64,000 nucleotides of DNA from an uncultured Acidobacteriaceae bacterium (GCA_963851155.1 CAWKNV010000005.1:466136-530135), one strand, 5' to 3'; counted from the first letter of the stretch, positions 1-12,731 are shown. The notes: generated by a model not told the origin, from the sequence alone. Program-made: numbers and translations.

Positions 1-1
1 G

Positions 2-2258
2 CTCTATCCCAGCGCCGATTTCAGCCGCAAGCACGGCACGCCGCTCAATTACGCGAACATCACTGACGTGCCTTCTTATTCATGGTCGTATGCCTCGATC
101 CTCGCCGCGGCCGGCATTCCGTACTTCTTCGCCGGCAGCAACAACGATCGCGCTCCCGTGCTCCTGCAGGGACACTTGAACGAGAACACGCCCTTCTGGT
201 GGGAGGGCCCCGACGGCGGCAAGGTGCTGATGTGGTATTCGCGACACTACATGCAGATGCAATTCCTGTTTGGCCTGCCCCCGTTCACACAAACCGGCGA
301 GGAGGTACTACCGCTTTTCCTTCAGATGTACCAGCACCCCAGCTACCGTGCCAACGCCACGATTATCTTCGGCACGCAGGTTGAAAACACCGATCTATTC
401 CCGCAGCAGGCCGAACTGGCCGACCAGTGGAACGCGATCTATGCCTATCCGCACATCGAATACTCCGGCTTTCACGATGCGCTCGCCAGCATCGCCTCTC
501 AGTTTGGTGACGCCATTCCCACTGTGCGTGGCGATGGGGGCCCGTACTGGGAAGACGGCATCGGTTCAGATGCGCTCTACGCAGCCATCGAGCGCGAAAA
601 CGAAAGCCGGGCGCCATCGGCAGAGAAGCTCGCCACCATCAGCACCCTTGTGAATCCGCGTCTCGCGGTCAATCGCGAGGAACTGAATTCCATGTGGGGC
701 AACATGGTCCTGATGGATGAGCATACCTGGACATCGTGGAACAGCGTATCCGATCCGGACAGCGACGAGGCCATCGAGCAGCTTCGTATGAAGGATTCGC
801 GCGCCACCACAGCCGCCGATCAGCGCAGCGACATCCTGCGCAGCAGCATGGCAGCCCTTGCTGACTCCATTGCTGCCGGTGTCGACAGCCTCATCGTGTT
901 CAATCCCCTGAACTGGAAACGCGATGGGGAGGTCACAATGGATCTCGACAAGGGCATGGAGATCGCCGATCGCGCTACCAAGCAAGCTATTCCTTACATG
1001 GTTCTGCACGACGGCCCTAATTTCCGCAGAGTCGAGTTCCGCGCAACCGACATTCCAGCCGTGGGCTACAAGGTCTTCGAATTGAGAACTGCCCACTCCC
1101 CGTCGCCTGCCCCGCAAACGACGACATCGACCACCCTCGAGAGCCCCTTCTATCGCGTCGAACTCGATCCATCCTCAGGCAGCATCCGCAGCATTTACGA
1201 CAAGCAACTGAATAAGGAGTTGGTTGACACCAACAGCCCATGGCGTTTCGGCCAATATGTCTACGTCAGCGGAGGCGATGAGGAACCGAACAGCATCCTG
1301 CAGTATCGGGCCGTTTCTCCCAAGCCAGAGTTGCATCCTCATCCCGCCCAGAACGGCCGCCTGATCTCGGTCGAGCGAACCCCGTGGGGATGGCGTGCAG
1401 AGCTTGAGTCATCCGCCGAGAACACTCCGCAGATTCACACCGAAATCCGTATCGTACGATGGTGAAAAGAAAATCGAACTCATCGAGGATCTCGACAAGA
1501 AACCTGAGCTGAAGAAGGAGGCCGTCTATTTCGCCTTCCCCTTCGCAATGACGCATCCGCAGTTCCAGTACGAAATCCAGAACGGCGTCGTCGACCCGGC
1601 CAGGGACATGTATCCCGGCGCAGGCCACGAATGGTTTTCCGTGCAGCATTGGGTTTCAGTTCAGCAGGACGGCGCTTCCGCAACCGTCATGCCGCTCGAT
1701 GCTTCGCTCGTCACGCTCGGTGATATCAATCGCGGCGAGTGGCCGACCAGTTTCGGTCAGCGGCCCGGCAACATCTTCTCTTACGTGATGAACAACTACT
1801 GGCACACAAATTACCGCGCCGCGCAGGGAGGACATTTCCGCTTCCGCTACGTCATCACCAGCGCGGCGCAGACCGATGCCGCGGCGCTCAGCCGCTTGGC
1901 GTGGGAGGAAGCGACGCCGCTCGAAAAGGATCAGATCCGATCGCAGGACAAGGCACTCGATCTGCCTCGTCCTCTTGACGGAAACGAGGGCAGCTTCATA
2001 TCCATCGACGATCCCGACCTCCTGCTGGACACCTGGAAACCGGCGGAAGATGGCAATGGAACCGTTCTCCGTCTCATCGACCTCGGCGGCCAGCCACGCA
2101 TGGTCACAATCACAGTGCCACTCATCTCACTCAAAAAGATTTTCTCGACAGATGCCGTTGAGCGCGATCAGAAGCCGATTTCTCCGGATAGTCCGCACAG
2201 CTTCAAGATCAGCGTTCAGCCGCACCAGATCATCACGATTCGTCTCACCGCCGGATGA
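2..2258 (+). CDS. Glycoside hydrolase family 38 (alpha-mannosidase-like), 5'-truncated by the window edge, frameshift near 1450
   Basis: The frame is open from base 2. ORFs 68-1465 and 1395-2258 join into one protein with GH38-type features (PFWWEGPDGGKVL, DEHTW, IVFNPLNWKR, DIPAVGYKVF, WKPAEDGNGTVLRL). Confidence 0.75.
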
Positions 2259-2573
2259 CCTCTTGAAATTAGTCTCCTCATCGTATTTCTCTTGCTGCAC
2301 ATCACTCGCTTGATTTTACTTAAACGCCTGTCTGCGCTAACGCCGTGGTCGGTTAACCGTCCACTGGGAAAGTGAGGCCATTTCATTGACCAAGTCCCAT
2401 GGCCAATCGCAGTGGAATTACATGGTTGACCTTCCACATCGGCCACAACGATCCGTCAGCGCCTCACCTATAATCTGGCGCAGCCTGTAGAGAAATATTC
2501 TGGCATGCGCTCAGAATAGTGAAGGCCGACAACCTCTGCGCCGGCTAAGATAGCTCATCCCTGGGAGGCCTGA

Positions 2574-3255
2574 ATGACTTCGAACCGCGCCGTTCCTCCA
2601 GTTTGGTTGATGGGCCTTTCCAACACCACTCTTGGCCTAAGCACCGGCACAGTCTTCTTTGTCATGCCCCAGTTGCTGGCGGCAGAACACGTTCCCGAGG
2701 TAAGAATCGCAGCAATCACCGCCGTGGCCATGTCTGCGAACTTCTGGGCTGTCATTTTTTCACCAATTCTGGACGTGCGCTTCAGCCGACGGTGCCATGC
2801 CGCGTGCCTTGCCGGGTTGGCGTCCATTCTGGTCTTCACCGCCGTCCTGAACCTCCGCCACCTGCTGCTACTTGAAATTCGGCCTCATAGTCCTGCCTCG
2901 TGCGCCGTCGACCTTCGCCCTCGCTCTACTAGGCGAATTCCTCTTCCAGGCTGGCTCCTATTGCGTCCAGATCGGAATCGTCTTTGAAACCATCGGCAAA
3001 GATAATCCGCTGGCCGCCACAACGTTCGCCTTCCTCACCGCAGCCACCAACATCCCTGTCACCTACATGATGGTTGCTGATGGCCGCGGATACGCCATGA
3101 GTGGTTTAGCCGGCAGTTTTTCCATCGACGGGGACGTCAGCATAGCGGCGTGCATCCTACTGGGACTGTTCCTCTATTGGATCCCTGGCGGAGGCTTCGG
3201 CAAAGGCCTCAAAGCAATCCAACCGCACGAGCCGCTTCTCCAGCGAGAGCGATGA
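2574..3255 (+). pseudogene. MFS transporter remnant (AmpG-like), frameshifted and internally deleted
   Basis: Two hydrophobic ORFs (2574-2987, 2872-3255) resemble the N-terminal (SPILDVRFSRR) and C-terminal (AATTFAFLTAATNIP) parts of an MFS. They total only ~225 aa against ~400 aa expected. Confidence 0.55.
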
Positions 3256-3493
3256 TTTCGCGTTTCAGTTCGCGTGTTTGCCTGCATCGCGGCAAGCGCA
3301 GGCAAAGATTAGGCATAGGGAAGGATTGCCCACGACTCGGGACCAGGGGAAATTGACTGCGCAACCCAGCCTCACTTCCGTGACGAGCGGCCCATCGGAA
3401 TCATCAGCGGCCATTGTCGAATTTCGACTGGGGTTTTAACTCTCTCGAGTTACGGCGTATAGTTCCAGCAACGACTTTCCCAGCCCTGACAGA

Positions 3494-5533
3494 ATGAAAG
3501 CAATCGTCGTCTCAATGCTTCTCGCTCTTGCATCACCCACGATCCTGACGCAGAGAGCGGGCGTCTCCGTCCTATCGCAGGCTCCTGCTGCTCCGGTCAC
3601 CCTGGGGCAATCCGTCGTTGCGCTCACTGGTCCTTGGAAGTTTCACATTGGTGACGATCCGCGCTGGTCAGATAAGGATTTCGATGATTCGAACTGGGAA
3701 CATTATGACCTCGCCCCAGGGGGAGAGAGTCTCCCGCCCGAGCGGGCGCTGCAGTTGGAGAAACTGCCCGGATGGCAACATCACGGTCACCCGGGCCATG
3801 CCGGATATGGCTGGTACCGGATGCAGTTGAATGTACAGCCGATGGCGGGTCCGTTCGCGTTTCTGATGCCGCAGAATGCGGAAGATGCGTACGAGGTTTA
3901 CTTAAACGGCCAGCTTATCGGGAAGTTTGGCAAACTCGATGGATTTCACCTGACATATGACGGACAGCCGAAGTTGTTTTTCATTCCGGCTGCCATCTCC
4001 AACACGGGCAAGCCGCTCATTCTTGCGATTCGATTCTGGAGCATGCCGAGGGAAGAGTCGTCTCCCGCGCAAAACGTGAATGGCGGCCTTCGCGGCGTGC
4101 CGTTGATTGGGTCTTCGGCACTGCTTCGGGTGTTTGAGAAGAGCACAGAGGAGCCGCTTCCGAATGGGTGGCACATCCAGGAATCAATCTTTGGGTACCT
4201 GGTACAGCCCTCTCTTTATATCGGGATCGGGCTGATCTCGATCTTCCTCTTCTCATTCGGCAGAGGACAACGGGAGTATCTCTGGGCCAGCATCGCCCTG
4301 GCCGGTCGAGGATTGCTGGTTGCAGCGATTCTGATGGAGGAGGCGCATCAGATTGCCTATCAGCCAAGCGACGTGATTCAACAGATTGCGTTGTGGGCTT
4401 CGGTGTTCTCAATGCCGCAGGCGGCGATGTGGCTGTTAAGTGTGCCTCGATCGAGATGGCGATGGGCCAACTATTTTGTCACCGCCCTATTCGTCATTGA
4501 TAGCTTGAAATCCCTCGGGGTCGAGCTGGGCTGGCTTTCACCCAATGGCACGCTCCATGTCATAGACGAGATTCTCAAATGGACACCTCGAAGCGCTCTC
4601 GCCCTCCTGCTGTTGCTGATCGCGGTAGATGGCATCCGCACCATCGGGCGAAAGGCCTGGTTTCTCATGGCACCGGGAATCTTGTTCGGCGCCCACATGG
4701 TTGTTTACATGTTTGTGACTGATTTTATGAACGGCCTGGGTATCTTGGACGCATTCTTGTCGGCCGGCGTTCCCGTTTCCGTTCTGTTCATCTTCCTGAT
4801 CCGTTTCACAAAGCAGCAACGGGAAAACGGTCGCATGCTGGAGGATATGCGGCAGGCTCGCGAAGTGCAGCAGTTCCTGATCCCGGAGAAAATGCCCGAC
4901 ATCTCGGGGTGGAAAATCGAAAGCGAATACCGCCCGGCGCGGGAGGTTGGAGGAGATTTCTTCCAGATTATTCCGGACCACGACGAGGGTAGCCTGCTCA
5001 TCGTGGCGGGAGATGTCACGGGCAAGGGCGTGCAGGCGGGGATGCTGGTTGCCCTGCTCGTTGGTGCAATTCGTACGGAGTGGGCGCACACCTCTGATCC
5101 CACCAGAATACTCCGTGTACTGAACTCGCGGCTCTGCGGGCGGGAGCACGCTCAAGCCACTTGTCTGGCAATCCACCTTACATCCAATGGGCAGGCGACC
5201 CTGGCCAATGCTGGCCACCTTCCTCCCTACCTCAACTGCGAGCCGCTTGCAATGGAGGGATCCTTGCCGCTAGGCATGATCGATGCCGCTGAATTCTCCG
5301 TGATGCAATTTGAGTTGAAACCTAACGATCGACTTGTGCTTGTTTCCGACGGCATCGTAGAAGCCCAAAATGCCAATGGCGCCCTCTTTGGCTTCGAGCG
5401 GCTTCAGGCCTTACTGCGCTCCGCAGAGAGTGCCGGAGAAGTGGCCAGTGCTGCACAAAGATTCGGCCAGGAAGACGACATCAGCGTCATCGTCGTTACG
5501 CATACGGGTTCTCCAGAGCTAGCTTCTGCCTGA
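3494..5533 (+). CDS. Membrane SpoIIE/PP2C-family phosphatase with N-terminal sugar-binding (GH2/galactose-binding-like) domain and multiple TM helices
   Basis: Signal peptide, LTGPWKFHIGDD...GYGWYR...DAYEVYLNG, ~7 TM segments, then RPAREVGGDFF, GDVTGKG, NAGHLPP, SDGIVEA, QEDDIS. Confidence 0.9.
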   Translation: MKAIVVSMLLALASPTILTQRAGVSVLSQAPAAPVTLGQSVVALTGPWKFHIGDDPRWSDKDFDDSNWEHYDLAPGGESLPPERALQLEKLPGWQHHGHPGHAGYGWYRMQLNVQPMAGPFAFLMPQNAEDAYEVYLNGQLIGKFGKLDGFHLTYDGQPKLFFIPAAISNTGKPLILAIRFWSMPREESSPAQNVNGGLRGVPLIGSSALLRVFEKSTEEPLPNGWHIQESIFGYLVQPSLYIGIGLISIFLFSFGRGQREYLWASIALAGRGLLVAAILMEEAHQIAYQPSDVIQQIALWASVFSMPQAAMWLLSVPRSRWRWANYFVTALFVIDSLKSLGVELGWLSPNGTLHVIDEILKWTPRSALALLLLLIAVDGIRTIGRKAWFLMAPGILFGAHMVVYMFVTDFMNGLGILDAFLSAGVPVSVLFIFLIRFTKQQRENGRMLEDMRQAREVQQFLIPEKMPDISGWKIESEYRPAREVGGDFFQIIPDHDEGSLLIVAGDVTGKGVQAGMLVALLVGAIRTEWAHTSDPTRILRVLNSRLCGREHAQATCLAIHLTSNGQATLANAGHLPPYLNCEPLAMEGSLPLGMIDAAEFSVMQFELKPNDRLVLVSDGIVEAQNANGALFGFERLQALLRSAESAGEVASAAQRFGQEDDISVIVVTHTGSPELASA

Positions 5534-5904
5534 GTAGATGAACCGCTTTTGTGGTGCAACTCACTGTCCTGGGCGAATCACCGTCGACTGGGAGTTGTCG
5601 GATTTGAACTCTACCCTATACTCCAGCGAAGAGGCTGTCGGCCAGGTAAGGAGCTGAGATAAATGCTATTCGACAAAACGACGTTCTCTGAGGACGGCGA
5701 GGAGGTCGTCGTTAGCAGACGACGAAAGATCATTATCTTTCTCATATTGTTTTTACTCGCCTCCGCGGTCATATACGGCGCCTACTGGTTCGAGTCATGG
5801 GGCGAGGCAATGCGACGCCAAGGGCCAGGTTTCTAGTGGTGAAATCGGAGCGAGAATCGCCGCGCGGCGTGTTCTGTGAGCGCACCACCGGCTGCTCGGC
5901 ACTT

Positions 5905-6113
5905 TGCCATTCCTTCGCCTCAAAGCGACAGTCGTCCACCACCCGACATGTGATCAGAAACCATGAGGCCCGACGACTGTGAAGGAACTCATGCGTCATA
6001 GCGACGTACAGACAACTCTGAACTTCTACAGCCATGGTCGTAGCGAAGACAGATTGGCAGCGCAGGGCGACATGCTCACGGCGTTTTTCGCGCCGACAAA
6101 TTTGGTGCAATAA
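5905..6113 (+). pseudogene. C-terminal remnant of a tyrosine recombinase/integrase
   Basis: 5979-6113 translates to VKELMRHSDVQTTLNFYSHGRSEDRLAAQGDMLTAFFAPTNLVQ*, which carries the box II H...Y catalytic motif. A degenerate HSF motif lies upstream in another frame. It abuts the tRNA 3' end. Confidence 0.75.
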
Positions 6114-6189
6114 AATGCACCCTTTGTTGTGCAGGGTGGGAGGAGTTTTCGCCGATTTTCCTGTAGGGTTGTGAACCAATCGCCGATGA

Positions 6190-6264
6190 TGGTGGCCAGG
6201 GACGGGATTGAACCGCCGACGCCGGCCTTTTCAGGGCCGCGCTCTACCACTGAGCTACCTGGCC
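6190..6264 (-). tRNA. tRNA-Phe (GAA)
   Basis: Reverse complement GGCCAGGTAGCTCAGTGGTAGAGCGCGGCCCTGAAAAGGCCGGCGTCGGCGGTTCAATCCCGTCCCTGGCCACCA forms a cloverleaf with a GAA anticodon and encoded CCA. Confidence 0.97.
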
Positions 6265-6426
6265 TCAGTGCAGACTTTCAGTTGCATTTCCTGCGCGGAA
6301 TCCGGCGCGGCCGGAAAAGGTGGGCGACTCCACGAACAGTGCGTTGCAACGACTTGAGTAGTATACCAAGCGGAATTCGTCCCCGCCAAACCTCAAGATC
6401 GTGGCCATCGCAAATCTAAAAATCAG

Positions 6427-8311
6427 CTACTTATTGGCTACACTTTCCCTGACCGAACTGAGGGGAACCTCCATCGTTCCCACCTTGCGCGACGCCTCGT
6501 CGTATACGCCGGTGCGGAGCCAGTATTGCCCTTTGGGAACATCGATCTCGCCGTGCAATTGCACCCCGGTCTTCTTGAAGATGGAATAGACGTCGGGCTT
6601 GATCGCAAGTCTCACTAAGTGGTCTTTGCGACTGGTGAGCTGGCCGTACTTGTCGTAGACGATCATTGAGATGTTTAAGGTGTCCTCACGCGCCCCGTCA
6701 TGATCCACCTTCAAGTCCAAATCATCCGTATCAAGCGCGAAGTCGATGGAATAGCGATCAATCGGGCCCTTGAGTGACGGCTTTGCAGTGGCGGATCCGT
6801 CAGGCTTCGCATCCACATGCTGGATCAGTGTCTTATACAGAATCTGCTCGGACTGCGGCATTCCGAAGACCATGAAAGGTTCGAGAGGATCCATGCGGGT
6901 GGGATCTTGCGAAGCATGCTGCGCGGCCTGATCCTGCTCGGTTTGCGCGGCTCCAGGCAGATCCTCGTCTCGAGCGACATATCCCTTACGATATGACAGG
7001 GCGTAATGCTCTCCATCTCCGACCTTTACTTCGATTTTTCGGAAGGCTCCATCCATCTTCGCGTCGCTCGGAGTAGGAGTATACGAGATGGTGTAAAAAT
7101 CCGCGCTGTGATCGGTGACCTTGCCGATGATTCCGGACAGGTCATTTTGGTCGTAGAAGGCTTTGCCGCCAGTCTCATCAGCCAGCATATCCATGGTCGA
7201 ATTGCTTGAGTTTTTTGCCTGGCTTTCATCCCGCAATGCCACCTGCAAAGCCCACCTGTTCCGATGTTCGGAGCATCCGCAGTCACTCCTGGCGGCGGAC
7301 CCAGCAACTGTGGTGCTGAGGTGATCGTCGGATCGAGTGCATTCTCCGCGGTGTAAAAGCTCTGAATAGTCGTGCCCCGCACATCCACTGGATAAATCGC
7401 TACTCGGGCAGCTGCCAGCAGATTGATAGTCTTGTCGATTGAACCGTCGAAGCGGTTCGCAGTTTGCCCGAATAGTTCCACTGGAAACGCTCCCGACAGC
7501 CAGATCACATTCTTGCGCCCAGGAAACGATCCGAGGAAAGCAGCAAGCTGATTTAGATTCTGCAGCGTCCTGTGTTCGCGATCGCTATCCTGCGCATAAC
7601 GCGTCTCCTGTATGAACTGCTGAAACGCTGCGATCGTCTGCGGGGACACGGTCAACGCTGTTTGACCTCGCTCCTGCAGCTTCCATCTCAACCATCATTT
7701 CAATCACAGTGCCCTGCGCGTGAGATTCTTGTTGGGACTGCAACAGCACCGCCGGCTCCGACTTGTCGTTCTTCCGATATCCCAACGCCCTTGCCAGCAC
7801 GACAGGATCATCAGAGAAACCCTGGATAAAGCTTAGCCTCATCGACATCGTAAAGATTGCCAGGCGCGTTCCCGGCTTCAGAGTCTTGAGGTAATGTTGA
7901 GCTGCTTTCTTCAGATACATCTGGTCGTTCATCGGCGTGTTCAAGGCGTCCAACAGCAGGATGTTGACTGCAGGCGGTGTCGGCAGCGGAGAGAAGTTGG
8001 TAAACATATTCGGGGGAAGTTGTGGCTGCTCCCCATTCTGCCTGCGCTGCGTCAGATAGTCCCTATTGTGTTCTTCGAAATAGGTAATCGTCTGCGGCTC
8101 TCCCTGCTCCCGCACCCTGAAATCCCCCTGCTTTAATCCCCTGACCGGATTACCCTTGCTGTCGGTCACAACCACGTCCACCAGTACCGCTCGGCTGTTC
8201 ACCTTCAGTGTGGATTGAGGCGTTTCGGGCGCTCCATTAGCTGCTCTGACCCATCAAAGAGGTGGCAAATGTGGCTGCTAATGCGGCAATTCCCAAGTGG
8301 AAGAGCTTCAT
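6427..8311 (-). CDS. Acidobacterial VWA-related domain protein, secreted; split by ~3 frameshifts
   Basis: GGAGG-preceded MKLFHLGIAALAATF signal, then VLVDVVVTDSKGNPVRGL, LLLDALNT, PGRKNVIWLS, AIYPVDVRG, LADETGGKAF, YTISYTP...FRKIEVKV. Confidence 0.8.
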
Positions 8312-8373
8312 ACGTGGACCTCCAGCGCTCGGAAAGACTAGCACCTTCTTTGTGCCGTCGTCCGATATATGTT

Positions 8374-9663
8374 CTAGTCCGGTCGCCGATTTTGGCCGCT
8401 CGGCCTCGGACTAATTGGCAACGCCTTTTCTTCGCCGGGTGCGACCTTAACCCGCGAACTTTCGGCTGCGACGCGGCCATTTTGCGCCTCATCAAAAATC
8501 AACGTCGTGCTTGACCCAAACCGATGGTAGTTAGAAAAGATCGTCTGGTTGATCATTGCGACCGGCTTCTGCAGTTTATGGTTTCGGTGGGAACAACCGT
8601 TCGCTTCTTCAACCATGAACGTCAAACTCCGCAAAGGACAGATCGATCGGCGATTTCCTAGAACCACCGGCCCGTATTCCACAACGCTCGCTACATGCGA
8701 TACGGGATCCGTCGGCCGCGACTCTGCTTCGAGCGTTATGCGGATGATCGCTCCCGTTTTCGGATCGAGGGCGATCTCCCCGTGGTACCCAGGGGTGTCC
8801 TGAAATGAGACATGATTCTGACAAGCATCCGCTACTTCGTAATGAGAGTATTCCGGCGGAACCGAATACCGATAGACCGCCGCCGGGCCTGCCATCGATT
8901 GCTCCCAATGATCGAACACGACCGTGCCCTGCTCCAAATCCATCAATACAACTGCCGCTTCGGTTCCGAATTCGCCGCGGCTCTCCAGGCCCAGATCTTT
9001 GCGCTTCGCTTCCGGAGTTCCGTGCGCGCCGTTCGTCACTTCTTTCCCATCCTGGAATGAAATCTGCTGCTGCAGGGTGCCCACACGATGAAATCCAGCC
9101 TGATCCGTCGTGGCCTGAAAGTACTTCAACATCACTGGAGAATTATCGAATCGGGTTGTGGTCTGGATTGCCACGAAGTTTGGCAGATGCGATAGCTCTC
9201 CAAGCACATAGGCCCGCGACTTTTTCAGCATTGTCTGCTGTGTCTCAGCGTCAACGGGCGGTCGGTGCAGCAGTTCGATTGTGGGCAGATCCAATAGCGC
9301 CGCACGATCGGCCAACTGTTCCAAAGCCTCCTGCACGTGCACGCCCAAGTTGTATTTCCCGATGAGCTGATACATCTTGAGGGTGCTCAGCCGCTCGGTC
9401 AGCTCAACGCCAGCAAGTCGCGGCAGCAACTCGTCATCCTGATCAAGTTGCTGCACCATATCCCCGTTGGAGATATCCGGAATTTCGTCGGAAGCTATAG
9501 CGATTTGCTTCTTGTCGGGTCTGTTGAGCTGCACTGCATGCCGAGCAATGATTTGTTCAAGCTCACTCACCGTGATCTTATCGGCTGCCTGCGACTGCAA
9601 AACGAGCGCGGCCGAAAACGCTGCAATGATCAGCAATCTCACAGGGCGGCGTCTTTTTCGCAT
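8374..9663 (-). CDS. Secreted hypothetical protein (type often associated with acidobacterial VWA proteins)
   Basis: Long ORF with signal peptide and LPNFVAIQTTTRF / GYHGEIALDPKTGAIIRITLEA. Start chosen at MRKRRRPV. Confidence 0.7.
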   Translation of the reverse strand: MRKRRRPVRLLIIAAFSAALVLQSQAADKITVSELEQIIARHAVQLNRPDKKQIAIASDEIPDISNGDMVQQLDQDDELLPRLAGVELTERLSTLKMYQLIGKYNLGVHVQEALEQLADRAALLDLPTIELLHRPPVDAETQQTMLKKSRAYVLGELSHLPNFVAIQTTTRFDNSPVMLKYFQATTDQAGFHRVGTLQQQISFQDGKEVTNGAHGTPEAKRKDLGLESRGEFGTEAAVVLMDLEQGTVVFDHWEQSMAGPAAVYRYSVPPEYSHYEVADACQNHVSFQDTPGYHGEIALDPKTGAIIRITLEAESRPTDPVSHVASVVEYGPVVLGNRRSICPLRSLTFMVEEANGCSHRNHKLQKPVAMINQTIFSNYHRFGSSTTLIFDEAQNGRVAAESSRVKVAPGEEKALPISPRPSGQNRRPD

Positions 9664-9959
9664 CCTAGAGCGCGGGATTGCTGACCAACCAGAAAGCTCA
9701 CGAATGGCGTCATATGTTCCCAGCCGCACCCGGGAATATGCGTCTCGGCATTTCCAGGAGGGATGAATCATCTCCAGTTCCTTCGTCGCCAGTCTCGGCA
9801 GTTATGTGGATTGCATTCATCTTGACGGCGTTAATCCGGGATCCGCTAGTCCTCGATTCTAGCGCAAATATCGTTGCGAATTGTCTCAGAAATGTTGTGG
9901 AGCGGGCGGCTTTGCCCCGGCCAGTGTTACCCTTTCAACAGCTTTAGCGCCAAAGCTTT

Positions 9960-12714
9960 ATGTCCTTGAAAAAGCCAACTCGCCGCGAATTTCTCGTTGC
10001 GGGTTCCACCGCGGCCCTTAGCCGCCGCGGTCCCTGCTCCTACCTGCGATGCCGCTTGTTTGGCAAACGCCGCCCCGCCGAGCGAAGCTTTTGATCGAGA
10101 ATCGCTTCCGTTTTCTACGGCAGAACTTTTTCAGCCAGGGCCACAGCGAACTTTCAGTGGGGATCGCGCAACGCAGGTCGCGATTCCCATCGGCGGCCTT
10201 GGTGCCGGTTGCATCTGCATCAACGGATCCGGCGGATTGCAGGACTTCTCCATTCGCACTCGGCCCGAAACTACGGCACTTCCCGCGGGCTTTTCCTCTA
10301 ACTCGCCTGAAGCCGGATTTGCCATCCTGCACATCAAAGGAACGGCTCCTGTCACCAAGCTGATTGAAGGTCCCTTTCCCCCATTCAAGATCTTCGACCA
10401 GGGTTTGCAAGGGCAGGGTTTGCGCCGCGGAGGGTCCGAAGGGTTCCCACGCTTTGAGAAATGCAATTTCCGTGGGGAGTTTCCTTTCGCTGAAGTTCGC
10501 TTTGCCGATTCGTCCATTCCGCTCGACATTTCCCTGATTGCCTGGAACCCATTCATTCCGCTTGATGACAAGAACTCCGGCATTCCCTGCGCGATTCTTG
10601 AATACACGTTGCACAATACTTCTTCGCGCCCGGTTGACTACGAGTTCTCTTTCCATCTTTCTCATCTTGCGCCTGGTTGCCGTCCAGACCAAGCAGCAAG
10701 CGCGAATGCCATTATCTCCGGCAAGGGCGCCTTTCTTTTCAATCGCGAGGCACCCAACGCTGAAGGTTTTGGCAGTGCCACGCTAACGGCCATCGGCGCC
10801 AAGCCCCGCGTCAAAGCTATGTGGCTGCGAAGTCCCGGTTGGGAATTCGACTCCCTGTCGGCGCTGTGGCGCGAGGTCTCCACCGGCACGTTCACCCCGA
10901 ATGATGGATCCAATACAGTGGACAATGCCGGCCGGAACGGCGCTTCCATCCTGCTCGATGGGCGTCTCGCACCGGGCGACTCACATACCTACCCGATCCT
11001 GATCGCCTGGCACTTCCCCAACTGCTATCTGCGCGAAGGGAGAATCACCTCTACGGAGAACTCGGGCGTGATTGAAGGACCCGCAGGCTGCCGAACTGTT
11101 CCGGCAGACGCTCCACCACCGTGGCATCCGTATTACTCCACCCAGTGGAAAGACGCCCGTGAAGTAGCTGCCTACGTTGAACAGAACTACGCCGCACTCC
11201 GCACAAGGACTGTCCAGTTCAAGAACGCTGTCTTTGGTTCCACACTGCCGCCTTATGTGCTCGACGCTGTCTCGGCCAACCTCGCGATCTTCAAGGCTCC
11301 TACCGTTCTTCGCGAGGCCAATGGCAATCTGTGGGGATGGGAAGGCTGCTTTCCTGACGCCGGCTGCTGCCACGGATCATGCACCCATGTCTGGAACTAC
11401 GCGCAGGCCATGCCGCATCTCTTCCCCCAGCTCGAACGCACTCTGCGCGATCTTGAGCTCGCGCGCTCGATGGACGATCGTGGGCATGTGAATTTTCGCG
11501 GTGCGATTCCTGACGGCCCCGTCGATCACACCGGCCCCGCAGCCGCCGACGGCCAGCTCGGCGGCATTATGAAGGTCTTTCGCGACTGGCAGATCTCCGG
11601 CGATGCAATATGGCTGAAACGCATGTATCCTCTGGCCAAGCGCAGCATCGACTACTGCATTGCGACATGGGACCCCGATCATCGCGGCGGTCTCTTCGAG
11701 CCCCATCACAACACCTACGATATCGAGTTCTGGGGACCCGATGGAATGTGCACCAGCATCTATCTCGGAGCCCTTTCCGCGATGGCGCTGATGGCGACAG
11801 CCATGGGCGAATCTGCTGACGTGACGTTCTACGGCGATCTCGCCCAGCGCTCCGCGAAGTTCATGGACGAGACCCTCTTCAATGGCGACTACTTCCAGCA
11901 GAAAGTCGAGTTCCAGGATCTCCACGATCAGTCGTTTGCCCAAGCTATTGCGCACGTGGATGACAAGAGCAGCGAGATGCAGCAACTGCTGAAGCGCGAA
12001 GGACCGAAGTATCAATATGGCTCAGGGTGCTTGTCCGATGGCGTTATCGGCGCATGGATGGCGAGCTTCTATGGCATCGAAACTCCACTCACCGGGAAGA
12101 ATATCCGATCCACCCTGCAGTCCATCTTTCGCAATAATTTCAAGACTGACCTGAGCCAGCATGCCAACGCGCAGCGCCCCGGCTATGCGATGGGCCACGA
12201 ACCCGGCCTTTTGCTGTGCAGCTGGCCGAGAGGCAATAAGCCCACGCTTCCGTTCGTCTACTCCGACGAAGTGTGGACGGGCATTGAATACCAAGTTGCA
12301 TCCCACCTAATTCACGAAGGATTCGCAGACGAAGGGCTCTCCATCGTCAAGGCGTTGCGCAGCCGTTATGACGGGCGCACGCGCAATCCGTGGAACGAAT
12401 ATGAGTGCGGCAACTGGTACGCGCGCGCCATGTCGAGTTTTGCGCTGCTGGGCGCGCTTTCTGGCTTTCGCTACTCCGCCGTGGACAGGACGCTGCATTT
12501 TGGACCGAAGCTGAAGGTGCATCCGTTTGTCAGCTTTTTCTCCACCGCATCCGGCTTCGGCACAATTGTCCTTGAAGGCCACACCATAACCGTCAATATC
12601 CTCGAAGGCGAATTGGCGATCGAAGATCTTCGATTCACCGACGCGGAGGGAACGCGTGCGTCAGCTTGGAGGATAACCGCCAAACCAGGCGCACCTGCCT
12701 CGACAAACGTCTAG
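9960..12714 (+). CDS. GH116-family glycoside hydrolase (non-lysosomal glucosylceramidase-like), Tat-exported; frameshift near 10015
   Basis: ATG 9960 gives MSLKKPTRREFLVAG (Tat motif). Body has IPIGGLGAG, WGWEGC...GSCTHVWNY, HNTYDIEFWG, EVWTGIEY, NPWNEYECG. Confidence 0.85.
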
Positions 12715-12731
12715 TTTTCAACTCCTGCATT

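Noticed and set aside
5588-5620. GGGAGTTGTCGGATTTGAACTC as a tRNA 3' fragment or att site
   Set aside because: It has a T-loop-like GTTCAAATC on the minus strand, but the T-stem does not pair and it does not match the tRNA-Phe.
6026-6419. ORFs overlapping tRNA-Phe
   Set aside because: They are translations of the tRNA sequence.
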